DNA of 63,896 bases, the filler included, from an uncultured Myxococcia bacterium (GTDB lineage Bacteria > CAZTWC01), in NCBI GenBank assembly GCA_964617105.1. It is 4 parts of 4 records of this genome, joined end to end, with 100 filler letters (N's around TTAATTAATTAA, not from the genome) between each part and the next. Parts side by side here need not be neighbours in the genome. Positions count along the whole stretch, not along the records: positions 49,923 to 63,896 come from CAZTWC010000073.1; 3 more parts are not named here. One strand, 5' to 3'. Position numbers and translations under genes: made by a program. Each line of letters starts with the position of its first letter. Positions within the stretch are counted from its first letter, which is position 1. A model generated the notes under the pieces. The model saw only the letters and a program-made list of their open reading frames with translations, was not told the origin of the DNA and ran no database searches. Positions 60,285 through 63,896 of the stretch are shown here, piece by piece.

Positions 60285-62076
60285 ATATTTTTTTTGCCGC
60301 CTGGTAGACAATTTGTTCCAGTTCTTCGGCAATCACTTTTAAGTTTTCTACCTCTTTTTTGGCTAAAAGTTGTTTGCCCTGTTCAACCAGAAGGTTCACC
60401 TTCTCTATCTCTTCGGTGCTCATTACCTTGGAATATTCATCAACTGCCCGTTGAGTTGTGTATAGAAGTCCATCTACCCGGTTCAAAAATACGCTGTTCT
60501 CTTTTTTGCGTTGGTCTTCTTGTTGATAACTATGGGCATCTTCTATAATTGTTTCAATCTCATTCTCAGTGAGGCCAGAGGTTGCCTTCACTTGCACGGA
60601 TTGTTTTTTACCGGTTCCCAAATCCTTGGCGGAAACACCAACAATTCCGTTAGCATCTATTTCGAAATTCACCTTGATTTGCGGGACTCCTCTGGGTGCC
60701 GGAGGTATGCCGTCCAGAACGAAATGGGCCAAAGACTTGTTGTCCGCTGCTATGGGACGTTCACCCTGCAGAACATGGATGTTGACAAAATTTTGATTGT
60801 CGGCGGCCGTGGAAAAGATTTGGCCCCGGCGGGTAGGAATAGTGGTATTGCGTTCTATCAATTTGGTGAATACGCCGCCGGCGGTTTCAACCCCCAGGCT
60901 AAGGGGAGTAACATCTAAAAGCAGGAGATCGGATACTTCTCCCGAGAGAACACCACCCTGGATGGCGGCGCCAATAGCCACCACCTCATCGGGATTGACA
61001 CTTTTATTGGGGGGCTTCTTAAAAAAGGCGGTTACTTTTTCTTGTATTTTGGGCATTCGGGTCATGCCCCCCACCAGGATCACTTCATCGATATCTTCGG
61101 GCTTCAAATTAGCATCGGAAAGGGCCTGTCCACAGGGTACAATGGTGTTATCCACCAACTCACTGGTCATACTTTCCAACTTAGCACGGCTAAGTACTAC
61201 ATTGAGATGCTTGGGGCCGGTTTCATCAGAAGTGATAAAAGGGAGGTTAATGTCGGTCATGGTAGTGGATGAGAGTTCGTGTTTAGCTTTTTCTGCCGCG
61301 TCTTTTAACCGCTGCAGGGCCATCTTGTCTTGTTTCAAGTCTTTACCGTGTTTTTCCAGATATTCATCCAACAGGTATTGCACTATAGCGGTATCAAAAT
61401 CTTCTCCGCCCAGGTGAGTATTCCCGCAGGTTGATTTAACTTGGAATACACCGCTTTTCAACTCCAGAATCGATATGTCGAAGGTGCCGCCACCCAGGTC
61501 ATAGATGGCAACTTTAAGGTTTTTCTGGTTGTTCAATCCATAAGAGAGAGCGGCTGCGGTAGGTTCGTTGATAATACGTGATACATTCAAACCTGCGATT
61601 TTACCGGCATCTTTAGTCGCCTGCCTTTGACTGTCGTCAAAATAGGCGGGAACAGTAATAACTGCATCGGTTACCGGTTCGTTGAGAAAATCCTCGGCGC
61701 TTTGTTTCATTTTTTGTAGAATAAAGGCAGATATTTCGGCTGGACTATGGCTTTTGTCTTGCACTTCTACCCAGGCATCACCGTTTTCGGAAGGGATAAT
61801 GTTAAAGGGAAAAGTAGCGGAGGATTTGGTAATCTCATCGGAAAGAGCCTTTTTGCCAATAAACCGTTTTACCCCGTAGATGGTATTTTCCGGATTGGTG
61901 ACAGATTGTCTTTTAGCCACTTGCCCAACCAGTCGTTCGTTGTTATCGAGAAAAGCCACCATGGAAGGGGTGGTTCTGCTTCCCTCCGGATTAGGAATAA
62001 CAGTTGGTTCACCACCTGTTAAAACAGCGACACAGGAGTTGGTGGTTCCCAGATCAATTCCGATAACTTTGCTCAT
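60274..62076 (-). CDS. dnaK: Chaperone DnaK (short C-terminus)
   Basis: [44 protein letters not shown]. Confidence 0.96.
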   Translation of the reverse strand: MSKVIGIDLGTTNSCVAVLTGGEPTVIPNPEGSRTTPSMVAFLDNNERLVGQVAKRQSVTNPENTIYGVKRFIGKKALSDEITKSSATFPFNIIPSENGDAWVEVQDKSHSPAEISAFILQKMKQSAEDFLNEPVTDAVITVPAYFDDSQRQATKDAGKIAGLNVSRIINEPTAAALSYGLNNQKNLKVAIYDLGGGTFDISILELKSGVFQVKSTCGNTHLGGEDFDTAIVQYLLDEYLEKHGKDLKQDKMALQRLKDAAEKAKHELSSTTMTDINLPFITSDETGPKHLNVVLSRAKLESMTSELVDNTIVPCGQALSDANLKPEDIDEVILVGGMTRMPKIQEKVTAFFKKPPNKSVNPDEVVAIGAAIQGGVLSGEVSDLLLLDVTPLSLGVETAGGVFTKLIERNTTIPTRRGQIFSTAADNQNFVNIHVLQGERPIAADNKSLAHFVLDGIPPAPRGVPQIKVNFEIDANGIVGVSAKDLGTGKKQSVQVKATSGLTENEIETIIEDAHSYQQEDQRKKENSVFLNRVDGLLYTTQRAVDEYSKVMSTEEIEKVNLLVEQGKQLLAKKEVENLKVIAEELEQIVYQAAKKIYGQ

Positions 62077-62108
62077 AAGGTTTTCCCAATCAGTTAGATA
62101 ATTATAAG

Positions 62109-63149
62109 TTAAGAATAATCTCCAATAAGTTTGGATAATATTTTAGCGGTAAAATTTACCATGGGGATAATACGGCCGTAATCCATTCTTTTGGGACCGA
62201 TAACTCCCAGTGTACCTAACACCTGGTTATCTTGCCTATATTTTGCGGTTACCAGACTGCAGTCGGAAATCTCTTTTGAGCCGGACTCACTACCAATAAA
62301 AATTTGAATTTCTGAGGTATTGGTGGTGGCATCTAAAAGAGAGATCAGTTTTTTTCGCTCCTGCAAGGTTTTCATCAGTTGTTTAAGTTTGTCCAGGTCA
62401 GCGAATTCGGGTAAATCAATAATATTGTATTGACCGTTAATAAACAGTTCCGCCATCTGGTAATTTTCATCGGACAAGATTATGTTTCCCAGGGCAAGAG
62501 CCTTGTTTATCATGGAATTACAGGTGGTTTCCTCTTTACGCATCTCATGTAAGATGGTAGTTCGCACCTGGGCGATGGAAAGTCCTCCCATCACCTGGTT
62601 GAGATAATTTTCCATCCGTTTCAATTCACTGGAGTTTAAATCAAAATCGATGGCGATAAATTTATTATTAACCAGGCCAGAGTGGGTGACCAGGATAACC
62701 AGGTAGTTATTGCTATGCAAATGGACAAATTCTATATGTTTAAAAATATTTTCGTCCACCTTGGGAGCCAGGATTATGCCTACGAATTGGCTGAGACTGC
62801 TTAAAATGTCGGAAGTCAATTTCATCAGAGATGGGATATCTTTGCTGGAAAATTTATACTTTCTGATGATTAACTCTTTTTCTTTTGCGGAGATATCACT
62901 GGCCGTGAGCAAACTATCCACATAAAACCGAAAACCTTTCTCGGTTGGTTGCCGTCCGGCGGAAACATGGGGCTTCTGTATCAGTCCCATATCTGAAAGG
63001 TCAGCCATTACATTACGGATAGTAGCCGCCGAAAGATTAAAAGGATACTGGCTTACAATAGTTTTTGAACCTACAGGTTCACCTGTAAAAATATACTCAT
63101 CAATAATCGCTTTGAGGATGTTTTTATATCGAGGGTCTAAATTTTCCAT
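62109..63149 (-). CDS. hrcA: Heat-inducible repressor HrcA
   Basis: [40 protein letters not shown]. Confidence 0.95.
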   Translation of the reverse strand: MENLDPRYKNILKAIIDEYIFTGEPVGSKTIVSQYPFNLSAATIRNVMADLSDMGLIQKPHVSAGRQPTEKGFRFYVDSLLTASDISAKEKELIIRKYKFSSKDIPSLMKLTSDILSSLSQFVGIILAPKVDENIFKHIEFVHLHSNNYLVILVTHSGLVNNKFIAIDFDLNSSELKRMENYLNQVMGGLSIAQVRTTILHEMRKEETTCNSMINKALALGNIILSDENYQMAELFINGQYNIIDLPEFADLDKLKQLMKTLQERKKLISLLDATTNTSEIQIFIGSESGSKEISDCSLVTAKYRQDNQVLGTLGVIGPKRMDYGRIIPMVNFTAKILSKLIGDYS

Positions 63150-63254
63150 GGAGATTATGGCCTGCCGGAATTTAACCAAATAAAACCAAAGTGGTTTATA
63201 TTAACATAAAGTACAGTTTTTTTTCAAGTAACTTCTGGAAAGAGCAAAAAGCCC

Positions 63255-63300
63255 TTGCTATAATGAGAGTTGGTCTGTATAGTGAGTGAATGCTCATTCA
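63255..63300 (+). promoter_or_regulatory. Sigma70 promoter with overlapping TetR/FadR-like palindromic operator
   Basis: TTGCTA-17-TATAGT (63255-63283), then TGAGTGA-ATGC-TCATTCA (63283-63300). Confidence 0.55.
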
Positions 63301-63379
63301 TTTTATTTTCCCAGGTTCTGCTTTTGCTATGGATAATTTGTATGTCATGGTAAAAGCCTAACGAGTTAGGAGTTGTGTT

Positions 63380-63835
63380 ATGGAAAAATATACCCTGGAA
63401 GAACTTCCTATTAACGTTTTGATGTCTGCTTTGCCCCATCTAGTAAAAGGTGAGGTGGATGAAACCTATATCTACAACTTGATAGTAAACGATGATGATA
63501 CTGATCGGGTTGCCCAGAATGAATACTGGTTAAAAATCGAAAAGGGAGATTGTACTTATGGGGAGGGACATCTGGATGATCCGGAATCCACACTCTTTAC
63601 AGTAAAAAGGGGCGGGTTGGATACGCTTATCGCCTTTCAGGTTCACGGTATGAAAGCCGCTATGAATGCTATGATGCTGGGCTATATCACTGCCTCCAAT
63701 ATTAAAAAAGCAGAAGCCTGGTTTAGACTCCTGGATATCGGTGAAGATGAACTGGTAGAAGCCTTGAAAAAGGCTGGCTATGAAATAACCGATACTGATA
63801 TGGATATATTTGAGGATTTAAAACTAGAAGATTAA
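63380..63835 (+). CDS. SCP2 sterol/acyl-carrier-like protein
   Basis: YWLKIEKGDCTYGEGHLDDP...AAMNAMMLGYI pattern; strong RBS. Confidence 0.55.
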   Translation: MEKYTLEELPINVLMSALPHLVKGEVDETYIYNLIVNDDDTDRVAQNEYWLKIEKGDCTYGEGHLDDPESTLFTVKRGGLDTLIAFQVHGMKAAMNAMMLGYITASNIKKAEAWFRLLDIGEDELVEALKKAGYEITDTDMDIFEDLKLED

Positions 63836-63841
63836 GGATGA

Positions 63842-63896
63842 GGGCGACGATTGCGGCGCATCTGCGTTGTTGCCCAAAACTATTTAATCCTCGACG
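63842..63896 (+). repeat. Dispersed REP/MITE-like element, copy 2 (at window end)
   Basis: 33 identical nt + 11 variable nt + 11 identical nt relative to 16545-16599. Confidence 0.85.

Noticed and set aside
1-63896. CRISPR arrays, tRNA/rRNA, transposases, prophage or defence systems beyond TA modules
   Set aside because: No regularly spaced repeats, cloverleafs or characteristic proteins were seen by eye; short ncRNAs could have been missed.

Overview
The window is not one locus. It is four contigs of a draft or metagenome-assembled bacterial genome (deltaproteobacterial/Myxococcota-like gene content), joined by artificial 100-nt linkers (N44-TTAATTAATTAA-N44) at 16611-16710, 33316-33415 and 49823-49922. 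Contig A (1-16610): electron-transfer modules of a class II benzoyl-CoA reductase (BamE-like HdrA, selenocysteine-containing BamF-like MvhD missed by the ORF track, BamGHI-like NuoEFG), fdhD, TetR, SDR, dienoyl-CoA hydratase-like crotonase, a four-subunit 2-oxoacid:ferredoxin oxidoreductase, thiolase and a HADH-ECH fusion. Contig B (16711-33315): two radical SAM enzymes, vapBC, a LolCDE/MacB-type ABC exporter, a three-gene ethanolamine ammonia-lyase operon ending in an EutL (BMC-T shell)-EutT (corrinoid adenosyltransferase) fusion, and a divergent putative sigma54 operon (class III aminotransferase, Gfo/Idh/MocA, CDP-alcohol phosphotransferase, HAD). Contig C (33416-49822): yajC-secDF-recJ with a REC-kinase-REC-PP2C protein, lgt, ftcD and a large double hybrid kinase. 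Contig D (49923-63896): UbiA/GT-C pair, ECF/anti-sigma/Spy-like trio, VWA and Cys-rich lipoproteins, a higB remnant, hrcA-dnaK-dnaJ without grpE, and an SCP2-like gene. The best candidate for an undescribed system is the minimal eutB-eutC-[eutL::eutT] operon. No rRNA, tRNA, CRISPR array or transposase was seen. All family calls come from motif recognition by eye; no searches were run.
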